DNA of 64,000 nucleotides. Source: Fibrobacteria bacterium (GTDB taxonomy: Bacteria; Fibrobacterota; Fibrobacteria; UBA11236). The stretch is from NCBI GenBank assembly GCA_043732185.1, contig JAYTHY010000074.1, positions 104,114 through 168,113 of the forward strand, given 5' to 3'. A program made the translations under genes and the position numbers. Positions within the stretch are counted from its first letter, which is position 1; every line of letters starts with the position of its first letter. The notes under the pieces were generated by a model. The model did no database searches and had not been told where the DNA came from. It was given only the letters and a program-made list of their open reading frames with translations. This document shows positions 29,096 through 39,478 of the stretch, in pieces.

Positions 29096-31336
29096 ATGAA
29101 TCCTACTCGATACCTAACGACATTTTGTGCCGCTGCCTTGCTAACCGCCTGTCTCGAACCCGCCGATCAAATCATGGAACGCTATGGTGAGGGCAAGCTC
29201 ATTTTTGTTAAGGAGCCCAGTGTAGGCGGCACGAGTATGAACGACAACGTAGCCATGGCGAGCAATCCCAATGAATTTTATCCGGGTACGGACATTATTC
29301 TCCTGTCACCGATTTCCCCAACCGGAAAACTCACCAATTTGACCGCGCAATGGACCCGTGCCGTCGAGAATCACAACGATTGGGGCGCCGCGTTGGATCC
29401 GGAAGTTTCTTTCGATGGCACCAGGATACTTTTTTCGATGCGCAAACCGAGCACTCAGACGTCGCTGAACCAGCATTGGGGTATTTATGAAATGAATGTA
29501 GACGGAACGCATTTGGTCCAGTTGACCAGTCCGGAAATTGGGGACGATGTGGATCCAGCCTATATCGATGCAACCCATATCGTATTCGGATCCACGCGCA
29601 ATCAAATCTTGGATGAATATGAACGTCGAGCTGTGCCCCAACTTTTTGTAGGCGAAATGGGTGGCGTAGGCGGAAACTTGGTGAACGTTCGCCAGATCAC
29701 ATTTAACCAAAGCCACGATCAAAATCCATTTGTCCATTCCAGTGGCAAGATATTTTTTACGCGCTGGGATCATTTAGGCGACCCAAATAAAATGCCCTTG
29801 TTTACCGTAAATCCGGATGGCTCCGGTCAGTTTGTTCTCTATGGCGCTGACGAAACCTTCACTGGCTCGCAAACCAGCGGTTCACGCACATTTTTGGAAG
29901 CGCGAGAACTGCATGACGGCGGACTAGTCGCTTCGCTGATGGACAGGGCTTCCCAGTTTGAAGGTGGCGCTATCAGCATCGTGGACCTCTCAAAATTTAC
30001 CTCCGCTCCCGAGGTTCTCACCTCCAGTTCTAGCCCCTACAACACAACCCGAAACCCGTCCAATGCGCTGTTCAAAACACCCTATCCCATCATGGACGGA
30101 GGCCGGGAAAAAATATTAGTAGCGGAATCGGCCCATGAAGCTGGGAATGACGTCAAAAATGCATACGTAAATTACGATCTGTTCATAATGGATAAGGATG
30201 GCGGAAATCTGAAACTCATACACGCCGATCCCTTAAACAATGATTACGACCCCATTGTAGTCGCGCCGCGCGCCTTTACCCCCAAGCCCTTTGCCATGAA
30301 CCCGTTGATCGCGGATGCGTTCAAGAACGGCGTAACCACGGGAAAGTTTTTTGATGCAGACGTGTACAGCCGACAAGACAATGACGGCCATATGTCCGCC
30401 AAGGATCTCCTCAACGGTGGCACGGATAGGAGTAAGGGCTTGGCGAAATTTGTTCGCGTGATCGAAGCCGTGCCCATGTCCGCCCAATACCGTTCCATGG
30501 AAGGCGTCGGCCGCACCGAATTCGAGAAACAACACGTAATTGGCTACGGAGATGTGCGTGCGGACGGCTCCCTCTCGTTGGAAGTGCCGGCGAATAAGGC
30601 CTTGCATTTGCAAACGCTTGATGAAAATGGGATGATGCTCGTCAACCAATTGCAATGGATCAATGTTATGCCTGGAGAAAAGCGCATGTGTACGGGGTGC
30701 CATGGCGCAAGAGAAAAAGATCAAGACATCAACTATTTCAAAATCGTGAATGATTCCGTGGTCTTCAAGCCCTCAGCGGGAAATCTACTCGCGGAAACCA
30801 AGAACTACCTCTCCGGCTTCTACAATGCCCAGAAAGTCACTGAACACCCATCCGCCCGAAAGGACACTCTGGATTTCATGAGCCTTTACTACCCCGGCAA
30901 AACCGCTACTGTACAAGCTATCCTAAATCGCCGCTGCAACTCCTGTCACGCTGTGGCGACTGCTAAAGATTCCGGAGGCAGCCTGGTTCTCGAAAATGTC
31001 CCGGATACAGCCTTGAACAACCACAGTAACGCCAATGTTTACGCCACCCTAACCAACGACAATGGCTATACCACCGCCAAAGCCGGAACCAAACTGCGTT
31101 ACGCCACCCCGGACGGCGCTCGAGAAAGCCCGCTGGCGTGGGTTCTCCTGAATAAACAGTTGACCGATAAAAACGAAACCTTATATCGGCCTACCTCCTA
31201 CAACCACAGCACCCTCTGGCAAAAGGATTCGACTGGACGCATAAACGCCTTTGCGAAAGAAAACGTCGACCTATTGTCCTTGATTGAATGGATGGATATG
31301 GGAACGCAATTCAACAATTCCAATTACACAAAATAA
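29096..31336 (+). CDS. Hydrazine synthase alpha-subunit-like lipoprotein (PD40 propeller + HZS-alpha middle domain + two heme c sites)
   Basis: Lipobox LLTAC; DPEVSFDGTRILFSMR, DVDPAY, ITFNQSHDQNP, FTRWDH; V.ADGS...VPAN..LQTLDENGM...W..VMPGE..CTGCH; second CNSCH; LIEWMDMG. Confidence 0.8.
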   Translation: MNPTRYLTTFCAAALLTACLEPADQIMERYGEGKLIFVKEPSVGGTSMNDNVAMASNPNEFYPGTDIILLSPISPTGKLTNLTAQWTRAVENHNDWGAALDPEVSFDGTRILFSMRKPSTQTSLNQHWGIYEMNVDGTHLVQLTSPEIGDDVDPAYIDATHIVFGSTRNQILDEYERRAVPQLFVGEMGGVGGNLVNVRQITFNQSHDQNPFVHSSGKIFFTRWDHLGDPNKMPLFTVNPDGSGQFVLYGADETFTGSQTSGSRTFLEARELHDGGLVASLMDRASQFEGGAISIVDLSKFTSAPEVLTSSSSPYNTTRNPSNALFKTPYPIMDGGREKILVAESAHEAGNDVKNAYVNYDLFIMDKDGGNLKLIHADPLNNDYDPIVVAPRAFTPKPFAMNPLIADAFKNGVTTGKFFDADVYSRQDNDGHMSAKDLLNGGTDRSKGLAKFVRVIEAVPMSAQYRSMEGVGRTEFEKQHVIGYGDVRADGSLSLEVPANKALHLQTLDENGMMLVNQLQWINVMPGEKRMCTGCHGAREKDQDINYFKIVNDSVVFKPSAGNLLAETKNYLSGFYNAQKVTEHPSARKDTLDFMSLYYPGKTATVQAILNRRCNSCHAVATAKDSGGSLVLENVPDTALNNHSNANVYATLTNDNGYTTAKAGTKLRYATPDGARESPLAWVLLNKQLTDKNETLYRPTSYNHSTLWQKDSTGRINAFAKENVDLLSLIEWMDMGTQFNNSNYTK

Positions 31337-31358
31337 CGCGTTCAAGGATTTGATTCTG

Positions 31359-31874
31359 TTGCTTCGTCCGCATTTTTTAGCCTTCGGTTTGACTATGGCT
31401 TTAAGCTTAACATCAGCTCCAGTATGGGCAGGTTCTGGCCCTAAACCGGGATCGATGGCTCCGTCGTTCAGCCTTCCGGATCTCCTCAAAAACCGCGGAG
31501 ACATGAGCCTACGCCAACTAGAAGGCAAAGTGGTCCTGGTCGATTTTTGGGCAAGCTGGTGCCCGCCCTGTAAAAAGTCGCTGCCGGAACTTGGCCAGAT
31601 GCGCCTTCGAAATCCAGCACTGGTGATCGTGGCGATAAGCATTGATGAAAACCGCAGCAAGGCCGTGGATTTTCTAAAAAACTCCGACACATCGCTCGTC
31701 TATCTGCACGATGCCAAACACGAGGCCGCGGAAAAATTCGACCTCGGCGGAATGCCCTCAGCGTTTCTCATCGACAAAAAGGGTATGCTGCGCAACCGGT
31801 TTGACGGGTATGGTTCCGGAGAATTAAAATCCATGGAAACCGAGGCCAGGAAATTACTGGAGGAGAAACCATGA
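31359..31874 (+). CDS. TlpA-family thiol-disulfide oxidoreductase
   Basis: Signal peptide, APSFSL, VVLVDFWASWCPPC, GMPSAFLIDKKG; start inferred at TTG 31359 (ORF track gives 31284). Confidence 0.92.
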   Translation: MLRPHFLAFGLTMALSLTSAPVWAGSGPKPGSMAPSFSLPDLLKNRGDMSLRQLEGKVVLVDFWASWCPPCKKSLPELGQMRLRNPALVIVAISIDENRSKAVDFLKNSDTSLVYLHDAKHEAAEKFDLGGMPSAFLIDKKGMLRNRFDGYGSGELKSMETEARKLLEEKP

Positions 31875-32113
31875 AAAAAAAGCTTTGGTGGAGAAGTAGG
31901 GCTACAGTCCGGATTGCAATAGGTGCGGGGGCGCTGCTCTTGTCCGCCTGCGCAGCTGTTAAGCCCTATGAGCGGGAGAAATTGGCGGATCCCATAATGG
32001 AGCCAGGTGGCCAATTTTCCAAGCAAACCTTAGAGCAAAAATTTTTCTCCACGCGTGAAGGCAGCATCGGCGGACCAACCGGTATAGGTGGCGGGTGTGG
32101 ATGTTCGAAATGA
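31871..32113 (+). CDS. DUF4266-domain lipoprotein
   Basis: LLSAC lipobox, VKPYERE.LADP.M, REGS.GG...GGGCGC C-terminus. Confidence 0.88.
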   Translation: MKKKLWWRSRATVRIAIGAGALLLSACAAVKPYEREKLADPIMEPGGQFSKQTLEQKFFSTREGSIGGPTGIGGGCGCSK

Positions 32114-33246
32114 TTCGATGGATCCGCAGCTCCTGTATGGTTTTTTTAGTTGTGATCCTAACGACCGCCATACTGTCGCAAGCCGATCAGGTGGAATACA
32201 CCACCTACTACTTTAAAGACAATCATGAAAATACCGTGGCCACATCTGCCTTCTCCTTGGCCAAAACCCTTTGGAAAAAAACCCAGATCCTGTTGGATGT
32301 CGAGCTTGATCAAACCACCGTGCCACCTTCCATTGATGGGGTCAGCGGGGCTTCACGACCGCAGCGGCAAAGCAAGTCCGACTTCATCAAGAATCGGGGG
32401 CAGATTATCGGCGGGCTGGAACAGGGTCTAGGCGACAACACCAAAGTTTCTGGCAGTTATTACTTCAGTCAAGAAGTGGACTACGCATCGCAATCCGTTA
32501 TTGGCAGCTTGACTCAAGAGTTTCTCCAGAAAAACCTTACCGTTACGCTACGAGGTCAATATACTTTGGACTCCGTTGGCGAGATTTTGGGCGACGGAGC
32601 CATGCTGAATCGATTTAAGGAAACGCATCAAGCTTCCTTAACCATTTCGCAATTGCTTTCACCGACCACCGTTCTGCGTATGGGCGCGGATGGCATGCGC
32701 AACCATGGAATTTTGAGCGACCCTTACAGGAAAGTCTTGCTCGACCAAACTGATAATGTTTTGAATAAGGATACCCTAATCGAACGTCACCCCAACATGC
32801 GCTACCGCCAAGCAGCCTGGGCCGAGATAAGCAAATTCATGCCAGGTATGGATGGCTCGTTCATCATTACATACCGCTACTACTGGGATGATTGGAACTT
32901 AAAATCGAACACCCTATCACTCAAATTGAACAAATACATTACTCCCAACTGGATCCTTAGTCCAGAGTATCGCTATTACGTTCAGACGGGCGTCAATTTC
33001 GGAGACTATGCCAAAAACCAGCCGAATATTTTTGATGCAGTTGACTATAAACTCAGAGCGTTCACCAGCCATACCGTGGGCATGGGGGCAACATGCTTTC
33101 TGCGTGCCTTCGGAAAAAATCATCCCGATTGGGATTTCCTAACCAACACATCCGTTTCGCTTTTGTATTTCCACTATTTCAATGATACGGACGCCGACAA
33201 TTTTACGGCCAACATCCTAGAAACGCGGATCAAGTTTGCCTTTTAA
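32110..33246 (+). CDS. DUF3570-domain outer-membrane protein
   Basis: DGVSGAS, SQEVDY.S, G.LSDPYR, E.HP..R, YRYYWDDW, YRYY.Q; ATGA overlap with the DUF4266 gene. Confidence 0.85.
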   Translation: MIRWIRSSCMVFLVVILTTAILSQADQVEYTTYYFKDNHENTVATSAFSLAKTLWKKTQILLDVELDQTTVPPSIDGVSGASRPQRQSKSDFIKNRGQIIGGLEQGLGDNTKVSGSYYFSQEVDYASQSVIGSLTQEFLQKNLTVTLRGQYTLDSVGEILGDGAMLNRFKETHQASLTISQLLSPTTVLRMGADGMRNHGILSDPYRKVLLDQTDNVLNKDTLIERHPNMRYRQAAWAEISKFMPGMDGSFIITYRYYWDDWNLKSNTLSLKLNKYITPNWILSPEYRYYVQTGVNFGDYAKNQPNIFDAVDYKLRAFTSHTVGMGATCFLRAFGKNHPDWDFLTNTSVSLLYFHYFNDTDADNFTANILETRIKFAF

Positions 33247-33309
33247 CTGAGCGTCACATGCTACCTTTAAAGTGCGTGGGTTTTATTTTGACTCTATCCC
33301 ACTAGCGCA

Positions 33310-33747
33310 TCAGCCAGGCACAGCTACGTGCAATTGTTTGAGAATCCCAGCAAACCCGCCATCCGCAACCGGTTGCATTTCCAGGAGGTGCAAGAGACCG
33401 CCGTGAAACTGTGCGGTAAAATTTTCCACCGGCAATTGAATGGACATTCCCGTGGCAGGCAGTCGGATGCCTAAGAGCAGAAGATCCAAGGTGTCTTTAT
33501 GGGTGCCGGTAAAAGAAAAGTGGCCGGTAACTTTTCCATGGTTTTCTTCCAATACAACAAGATTGAAAGAAAAATCCGGAAAGGCGTGGCCCAATGCCTT
33601 GTGTAGCGTGAGCCATTCCTGCTTGCTAATCGGTTTGTGATCGGCGCCGAGGAATTGAAAATTGTCCTCCAGGCATTTTGCTGCCTTATCAAAATTGTGG
33701 GATTGAATCGCCTTGATACATTCTTTGAGAATCTTCGCTGAAGCCAC
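33310..33747 (-). CDS. SnoaL-like ester cyclase / NTF2-fold protein
   Basis: AFPDF, FTGTH...L...PATG, ILKQL. Confidence 0.75.
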   Translation of the reverse strand: MASAKILKECIKAIQSHNFDKAAKCLEDNFQFLGADHKPISKQEWLTLHKALGHAFPDFSFNLVVLEENHGKVTGHFSFTGTHKDTLDLLLLGIRLPATGMSIQLPVENFTAQFHGGLLHLLEMQPVADGGFAGILKQLHVAVPG

Positions 33748-33903
33748 TTTTCTCTCCTTTTAAAGGTTTAACTCAAATGATGAACCAAAAATCGGGGCAA
33801 AGAAAACGAGCCCATAGATAAAGTTTTCAATATTTAATGAACAGAAGCCTCCTTTAGTGCGTGGCGTTTTTCCGTTGATAACTTAGGGAAAACTTTTTTT
33901 GAA

Positions 33904-34263
33904 TTAATCCTCATTGTCGGACCAGTTGTTATTACGCGACTGCTTTTTTTTCGACTGCAAGGATTTTGCCTTCTTTTTGCTGCGTTTCGCGGACTTGGGA
34001 GGCTTTGTCACCTTGCGCACCAAGGGCACTATATTCAGTTTTACAACCTTTTCGCGCAGCTTTTCCAGGCAAATACATTTGTTTAAAAACTGGCTGCGCT
34101 CCTGTTGGCACATCACCACAATTCCTGTTGGTAGATGGCGTAGGCGCACGGCGCTATCGGTTTTATTTACGTGTTGGCCACCTTTGCCGCCCGAACGAAA
34201 AGTTTCCACTTCACATTCATCAAGCAGTTTTTCGTCCGATTCCGGCAGTAGAATCCGAGGCAT
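33904..34263 (-). CDS. Peptide chain release factor-like protein (ArfB/YaeJ-type)
   Basis: [26 protein letters not shown], basic C-terminal tail. Confidence 0.88.
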   Translation of the reverse strand: MPRILLPESDEKLLDECEVETFRSGGKGGQHVNKTDSAVRLRHLPTGIVVMCQQERSQFLNKCICLEKLREKVVKLNIVPLVRKVTKPPKSAKRSKKKAKSLQSKKKQSRNNNWSDNED

Positions 34264-34315
34264 ACCTTAAAGAGAGGAATGTTAATGCCTCTTGGCAAAG
34301 AAAGAAATGAAACAA

Positions 34316-34331
34316 GCCCCCTCGAGGGGGC
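34316..34331 (-). terminator. Probable intrinsic terminator after CDGSH gene
   Basis: gccccc-tcga-gggggc followed on the minus strand by TTGTTTC. Confidence 0.55.
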
Positions 34332-34351
34332 CGGAGGTCTTTGCGCGGGGC

Positions 34352-34555
34352 TTAGGGAGCGACTACCTCGGAGGCGAAACCCTGCTTGCTATGCGAACCA
34401 TCGCAAAACGGTTTTTTAGAACTTAGGCCGCAGCGGCATAGAAAGGCAGCCTTTCCAGGTTCCAGAGTGAAGGGTTTGCCTGCGGAATCATTGAGTGAAA
34501 AGTCCCCTTCAACTTTTAGGGGTCCATTTTTCAAGGGTGTCATTTGAGCCGACAT
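34352..34555 (-). CDS. CDGSH iron-sulfur domain protein
   Basis: NGPL...LCRCGLSSKKPFCDGSH; AAGGA before ATG 34555. Confidence 0.92.
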   Translation of the reverse strand: MSAQMTPLKNGPLKVEGDFSLNDSAGKPFTLEPGKAAFLCRCGLSSKKPFCDGSHSKQGFASEVVAP

Positions 34556-34676
34556 ATTCATTCCTTTGTTTTGGGAGGAACCTCCCAGGCCATAATAATA
34601 CACTTTATTTGTTGTAACAACAATAGTTATCACATTTAAATAGCTGCTGACGACTTTTTATAAGTTCTAGCCAATT

Positions 34677-35522
34677 ATGCCCTTTTCTCCCTATCGCCTC
34701 GTCATCTCCGACATCGACGGCACACTTCTGGATGATGAGGGCAACTTGCCTCAGATTAACCGGGACGCTTTGACGCATTGCCGCGATCTGGGCATTCAAA
34801 CCTGCTTGGCCACGGGTAGGCGCTGGACCACTTGCGCCCGCCTTTTGGATAGGCTCAAACTTCACCACCTGATCGACTTTTGCATCCTGAACAATGGCAT
34901 GCTCGTGCGCCAGGTGGCTACGGAACGAATCCTGTTCAAACGCGAGTTTCCGCTTTCCCAAGTCCTCGCCGCAGCCGAACGGCTGAATGCTCTGGGTCTG
35001 GATCCCATCGTACTCGGACACAATCCTGATGGACATACCAAGGATGTCTTTCATCGCAACGATGCATTGCTCAATGCCGATTTCATCGCCAAGAACGTCG
35101 GGCACACCCAGCGGGTAACTGAATGGAGCGAGCTTGCGAACGCGCATCTTGTTGAATTGGTTTTGATCGGAAAAAAACCAGATTTGGAAACCGCCGCTGC
35201 GGCACTTGCACCTCTCGAATTGGAAACCACCATACTGCGTAATTCTTTCTATGCCGAATACATGTTGGAAGGCACCCCCAAAGGGGTTTCCAAACTTTTA
35301 GGCGCCCGGGAACTGATTGCCCATTTGGGATTGGAGGTGCGGGACGTTATCGCACTTGGGGATTCCGACAATGACTTGACCATGCTCCGGGGTATTCCCA
35401 TGTCCATCGCCATGGCCAATGCTGACGCGACATTGAAAGCCATTGCCAAAGAGACAACCAGCTTGAATACCGAAGGTGGTTTTGGACATGCTTTGTTCCG
35501 CTTGCTGGGACAGCCCGGGTAA
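34677..35522 (+). CDS. Cof-type HAD-IIB hydrolase
   Basis: SDIDGTLL, LATGR, NNG, GVSK, LGDSDNDLTML, AMANA. Confidence 0.92.
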   Translation: MPFSPYRLVISDIDGTLLDDEGNLPQINRDALTHCRDLGIQTCLATGRRWTTCARLLDRLKLHHLIDFCILNNGMLVRQVATERILFKREFPLSQVLAAAERLNALGLDPIVLGHNPDGHTKDVFHRNDALLNADFIAKNVGHTQRVTEWSELANAHLVELVLIGKKPDLETAAAALAPLELETTILRNSFYAEYMLEGTPKGVSKLLGARELIAHLGLEVRDVIALGDSDNDLTMLRGIPMSIAMANADATLKAIAKETTSLNTEGGFGHALFRLLGQPG

Positions 35523-35553
35523 TTGACCGACTATTCTAATCAAAGGAGTGCGC

Positions 35554-36243
35554 ATGCTTATCGAAACGCTGACTCAAGAAGAAGCCCGAGTACTCGGCAC
35601 CTTGGCGGAAAAAAGTTTGGCGACGCCGGACTATTATCCCCTGACTCTGAATTCCCTGCGCACGGCCTGCAATCAAAAAAGCAATCGGGATCCGGTTACG
35701 GAGTATACCGATGAAACCGTTTCACTGGCATTGGCCGGCCTCAAACGCAAAGTTTTGGTCACCTTCATTCCTTACGGATCGCAAGGAAATCTCTACAAAT
35801 ACCGGCATTTTTTGGAAGACCCCCGGTTCCATCTCAGCCAAGGCGAAATTGCCATCCTGGCCGTGTTGCTGCTACGCGGTAGGCAAACTTTGAACGAAAT
35901 TAAATTGCGAGCATCGAGCCTGCTACCCCTCGACTCTCTAGAAGCAACGGAAGCCTTGCTGCAAAGCCTCGCCAACCGAGTCGAGCCCTTGACGGAATAT
36001 CTTCCGAAGCGGCCGGGTTGGAAAGAGCCTCGCTGGACGGACAAACTGTGTCCACATCAATCGGAAACGCAATCAGAATCGGCCCTTAAGGAGCAAGAAG
36101 GTGCGGAAACACCGGAGGCTCAAACGCCCAGCCGACCACAAAACTCAGACTTGGAAATCATTCGACTGGCCTTGGCAGATTTGACCGAAAAATATGCGGC
36201 CCTTAAAACGGACGTCGAAAAAATAAAATCGGAACTGTACTGA
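35554..36243 (+). CDS. DUF480 (YceH-like) protein
   Basis: EARVLG.L.EK...TPDYYPLTLNSL..ACNQKSNRDPV, LLLRG.QT; AAGGAG before ATG 35554. Confidence 0.9.
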   Translation: MLIETLTQEEARVLGTLAEKSLATPDYYPLTLNSLRTACNQKSNRDPVTEYTDETVSLALAGLKRKVLVTFIPYGSQGNLYKYRHFLEDPRFHLSQGEIAILAVLLLRGRQTLNEIKLRASSLLPLDSLEATEALLQSLANRVEPLTEYLPKRPGWKEPRWTDKLCPHQSETQSESALKEQEGAETPEAQTPSRPQNSDLEIIRLALADLTEKYAALKTDVEKIKSELY

Positions 36244-36295
36244 CTCAAATATTTTTTGTTTCATAACTCGGTTGTACCATGACTCGGCTGCTTCC

Positions 36296-37837
36296 TTACT
36301 CCGCGCCCACGCCCAAGTAGCTGCGGACTTTTTCCGCTTCGAATTTTGCTGCCGCCTCAGGCTCGGATTTTACCAGCGACACGGCGATCCCGACGACAAA
36401 GGCACCGGCGATGGAGAATAGACCCGGGTTCTTGAAGGGAACAATAGGCGCCGCGTGTTTGAAGATATCGACCCATACCGTGGGGCTAAGGATGATCAGA
36501 ACAACAGCCAGTACCAAGCCCGTGAGGATACTGGAAACGGCGCCTGCGGTGGTGAAGCGTTTCCACATGATGGACATGAGGAGCGCGGGGAAGTTGGCGC
36601 TGGCAGCAATGGCAAAAGCCAGACCCACCATAAAAGCCACGTTCTGACCCTTGAACAAGATTCCCAGCGCAATGGCAATGGCTCCCAAAAGGACTGTCGC
36701 TATTTTGGCCATATTAACCTGATTGTGTTCTGTGGATTTTCCCTTTTTGATAACGCCCAAATAAAGATCATGGGATAAGGCCGATGCTCCCGCCAGAGTA
36801 AGGCCAGCCACTACCGCCAAAATAGTTGCGAAAGCAACCGCCGCCAAAAATCCCAGGAAAACATTTCCTCCGAGTACTTCAGCCAGCAGCGGGGCAGCCA
36901 TGTTGCCGCCCTTATCCATGCCTTTGATGATGTCCTGCCCAACAAATACAGCAGCACCAAATCCAATGGTAAAAGTAAGAATGTAAAAGTATCCGATAAA
37001 TCCGGTGGCGTAGAATACGGATTTGCGCGCTTCCTTGGCATTGGGCACGGTATAGAATCGCATCAGAATGTGCGGTAACCCTGCCGTGCCAAACATCAGC
37101 GCCAGGCCAAGGGAAACCGCATCGAGCGGATTGGATACAAGGCCACCGGGGCTGAGAAACCCTTCGCCGTATTTTGTGACGGCCTCATGGAACAGCCAGC
37201 CATAGTTGAAATGGGCTTTGATTAGAACCATAAGCACCAGCAGGGTAGCCCCCCCAAGTAGCAAGCAGGCTTTGATAATTTGCACCCAGGTAGTAGCCAG
37301 CATGCCGCCGAAAAGCACGTATGCGGTCATCAGCACACCTACGAGAACCACGGCGAGTTCGTAAGGCAGGGAAAACATCAGCTTGACCAGGCTGCCCGCT
37401 CCCACCATTTGGGCGATGAGATAAAAAAGCACGGTCATGATGGCGCCTAAAGACGCGACGGTTTTGATGGGGCCGGGATTGAGACGGTAGGCGGTAACAT
37501 CCGAAAATGTATACGTGCCTAAATTGCGCAGAGGTTCTGCAATCAGGCAAAGAACAACGGGCCAGCCCACCAAGAACCCAACAGAATAGATGAGGCCGTC
37601 ATACCCCTTCAAGGAAACCAGGCCCGCAATTCCCAGAAAGGATGCGGCGCTCATATAATCACCCGCTAGCGCCAGACCATTTTGAAAGCCCGTTACACTT
37701 CGGCCCGCAGCATAGAATTCCTTGGCGGTTTTAGTTTTCTTAGCGGCCCAATACGTGATCCCCAAAGTCAGCGCAACAAACAAAAAAAAGAAAGCAATGG
37801 CGATGGGGTTGCTGTGTCCGATGAGCGTCGTCTGCAT
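36296..37837 (-). CDS. actP: Cation/acetate symporter
   Basis: [57 protein letters not shown]. Confidence 0.95.
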   Translation of the reverse strand: MQTTLIGHSNPIAIAFFFLFVALTLGITYWAAKKTKTAKEFYAAGRSVTGFQNGLALAGDYMSAASFLGIAGLVSLKGYDGLIYSVGFLVGWPVVLCLIAEPLRNLGTYTFSDVTAYRLNPGPIKTVASLGAIMTVLFYLIAQMVGAGSLVKLMFSLPYELAVVLVGVLMTAYVLFGGMLATTWVQIIKACLLLGGATLLVLMVLIKAHFNYGWLFHEAVTKYGEGFLSPGGLVSNPLDAVSLGLALMFGTAGLPHILMRFYTVPNAKEARKSVFYATGFIGYFYILTFTIGFGAAVFVGQDIIKGMDKGGNMAAPLLAEVLGGNVFLGFLAAVAFATILAVVAGLTLAGASALSHDLYLGVIKKGKSTEHNQVNMAKIATVLLGAIAIALGILFKGQNVAFMVGLAFAIAASANFPALLMSIMWKRFTTAGAVSSILTGLVLAVVLIILSPTVWVDIFKHAAPIVPFKNPGLFSIAGAFVVGIAVSLVKSEPEAAAKFEAEKVRSYLGVGAE

Positions 37838-38169
37838 TATCTGTCCGCCAATTTGCTTTTAAAAGCCGTTACTGCGGGATCGTACTTCCGGTTTGCCCAT
37901 AGGACGTAGATGCCCGTGAACACGCAGGTTACCGCTATCACGCCGATGCCGATGGGGATACCCAGGGTAATATTTTCCGTAACTTTTTTGGCCAAAAAGG
38001 ATTTGTCGAAGGCCACCAAAAAAATAAAACCGAAATACACCGCCATGGTAGCCAAGGTCAAACCGACCGAGACGGAAGTTTTCTTTCGCATCAACTTTTT
38101 AAAGTCCGGATTTTCGAGCACCGCGTGTATAGCCGCCCGATTGGAATCCAGGGGTTGGATATCTCGCAT
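37837..38169 (-). CDS. DUF485 (YjcH-like) small membrane partner of ActP
   Basis: Two TM helices, [10 protein letters not shown]; directly upstream of actP. Confidence 0.9.
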   Translation of the reverse strand: MRDIQPLDSNRAAIHAVLENPDFKKLMRKKTSVSVGLTLATMAVYFGFIFLVAFDKSFLAKKVTENITLGIPIGIGVIAVTCVFTGIYVLWANRKYDPAVTAFKSKLADR

Positions 38170-38185
38170 CAAAACTCCATTTTAT

Positions 38186-38704
38186 TCAGGTGGATGGACC
38201 AGGGCTTTGTATTCGCATCAGCTGAGCCGAGGCGACGGAAAGCAAACAGTATCCAAGAAAATACCAGAATCCATCGTGAAGCTGTGCGGTCAGTCCTTCA
38301 GCGGCACCGGCGGCTAAAAAAGCCAGCAGAATACCCATTACAAAGACATCCGCCATGGACCACTTGCCGATGAGGGCCACAAAGCGGAAGATGGGCAACC
38401 GGAACGGTGCCTTTGGGATCGCCAATACATACAGCAAGGATAAGCCCTTGGCCATGGGAACGATCACGCTAAAGAGAAGGATTAGAAAGGCAACCAATCG
38501 GTTACCGGTATCATAGAGATTACCTATGGTGCCCAGAATGCTGCGGGTCTGATGATAAATAGCCATCTTGCCTATAAAAGGCAGCACCGGGGAGATATCC
38601 AAGGTCAAGGCCGGGCGCGTGAGCCCCGGGAACAAACACGCAAAGGACGCTAATATCAGGCTTAACGCCACCACATTGAGGGATTTGTTTCGCATCGCAT
38701 TCAA
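38186..38704 (-). CDS. Paraquat-inducible protein A-like membrane protein (single PqiA domain)
   Basis: SILGTI..L, FSVIVP..K, IGKWSMADVF, GFWYFLGY. Confidence 0.8.
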   Translation of the reverse strand: MNAMRNKSLNVVALSLILASFACLFPGLTRPALTLDISPVLPFIGKMAIYHQTRSILGTIGNLYDTGNRLVAFLILLFSVIVPMAKGLSLLYVLAIPKAPFRLPIFRFVALIGKWSMADVFVMGILLAFLAAGAAEGLTAQLHDGFWYFLGYCLLSVASAQLMRIQSPGPST

Positions 38705-38736
38705 ATTAGCTAATCTTCGGTTAGGAGAATACCAAC

Positions 38737-39450
38737 ATGCCGACCAAATCTTTAGTCACCTGCTCGATTTGCAAACGCCAATTGACTCAAAGCAAATGCG
38801 TACCCAACCATGCCATTCGATCCGCCATGGTCGCCCATTTGAAAAAGGATCATGCAGATTGGAATCCAGATGGTTTTATCTGTCATGCCGATTTGAATCG
38901 CCTACGCGCCGAATACGTACAGCGCATGCTGGTATCCGGTAAAGGCAACCTTGCTCATCTCGAAGCCGATGTGGAACAAAGCTTTAAGGATGACGCCCTC
39001 ATTTCAAGTTTGTTGAAAGAAGAAAGCAAGGAACCGATTACCTTCGGCCAAAAAATGGCGGACGGCGTGGCCCGATTTGGGGGGAGCTGGAGGTTTCTCA
39101 TCACCTTCGCCTGTTTTCTGGCGCTGTGGATTTGCCTTAACGTGGCCATCATCGTTATCGCCCATGCCCAGGCCTTTGATCCCTATCCTTTTATCCTGTT
39201 GAATCTGATCCTCTCCTGTCTCGCCTCCGTGCAAGCACCGATTATCATGATGAGTCAGAATCGTCAAGAAGCCCGCGACCGCACGCGCGCCGAGAACGAC
39301 TATAAGGTGAATCTTAAAGCGGAGCTGGAAATCCGGAATCTACATGAGAAATTTGATCATCTGCTGGAGCATCAATGGCAGTACTTGATGGAGATCCAGC
39401 AGGTTCAGGTGGAGCTGATGGAGGAGTTGGCGGATAGGAAGAAGAATTGA
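38737..39450 (+). CDS. DUF1003-domain protein
   Basis: ADGVARFGGSW, FDPYPFILLNL.LS..A..QAPIIMMSQNRQ, NLKAELEI. Confidence 0.92.
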   Translation: MPTKSLVTCSICKRQLTQSKCVPNHAIRSAMVAHLKKDHADWNPDGFICHADLNRLRAEYVQRMLVSGKGNLAHLEADVEQSFKDDALISSLLKEESKEPITFGQKMADGVARFGGSWRFLITFACFLALWICLNVAIIVIAHAQAFDPYPFILLNLILSCLASVQAPIIMMSQNRQEARDRTRAENDYKVNLKAELEIRNLHEKFDHLLEHQWQYLMEIQQVQVELMEELADRKKN

Positions 39451-39478
39451 TGGTGCGAAAAGTCGGTGCTAGGCTGGG

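Noticed and set aside
29096..31336. Evidence for anammox metabolism
   Set aside because: Only an alpha-like domain architecture; no hzsB/hzsC or hydrazine dehydrogenase, and the context is an envelope operon.
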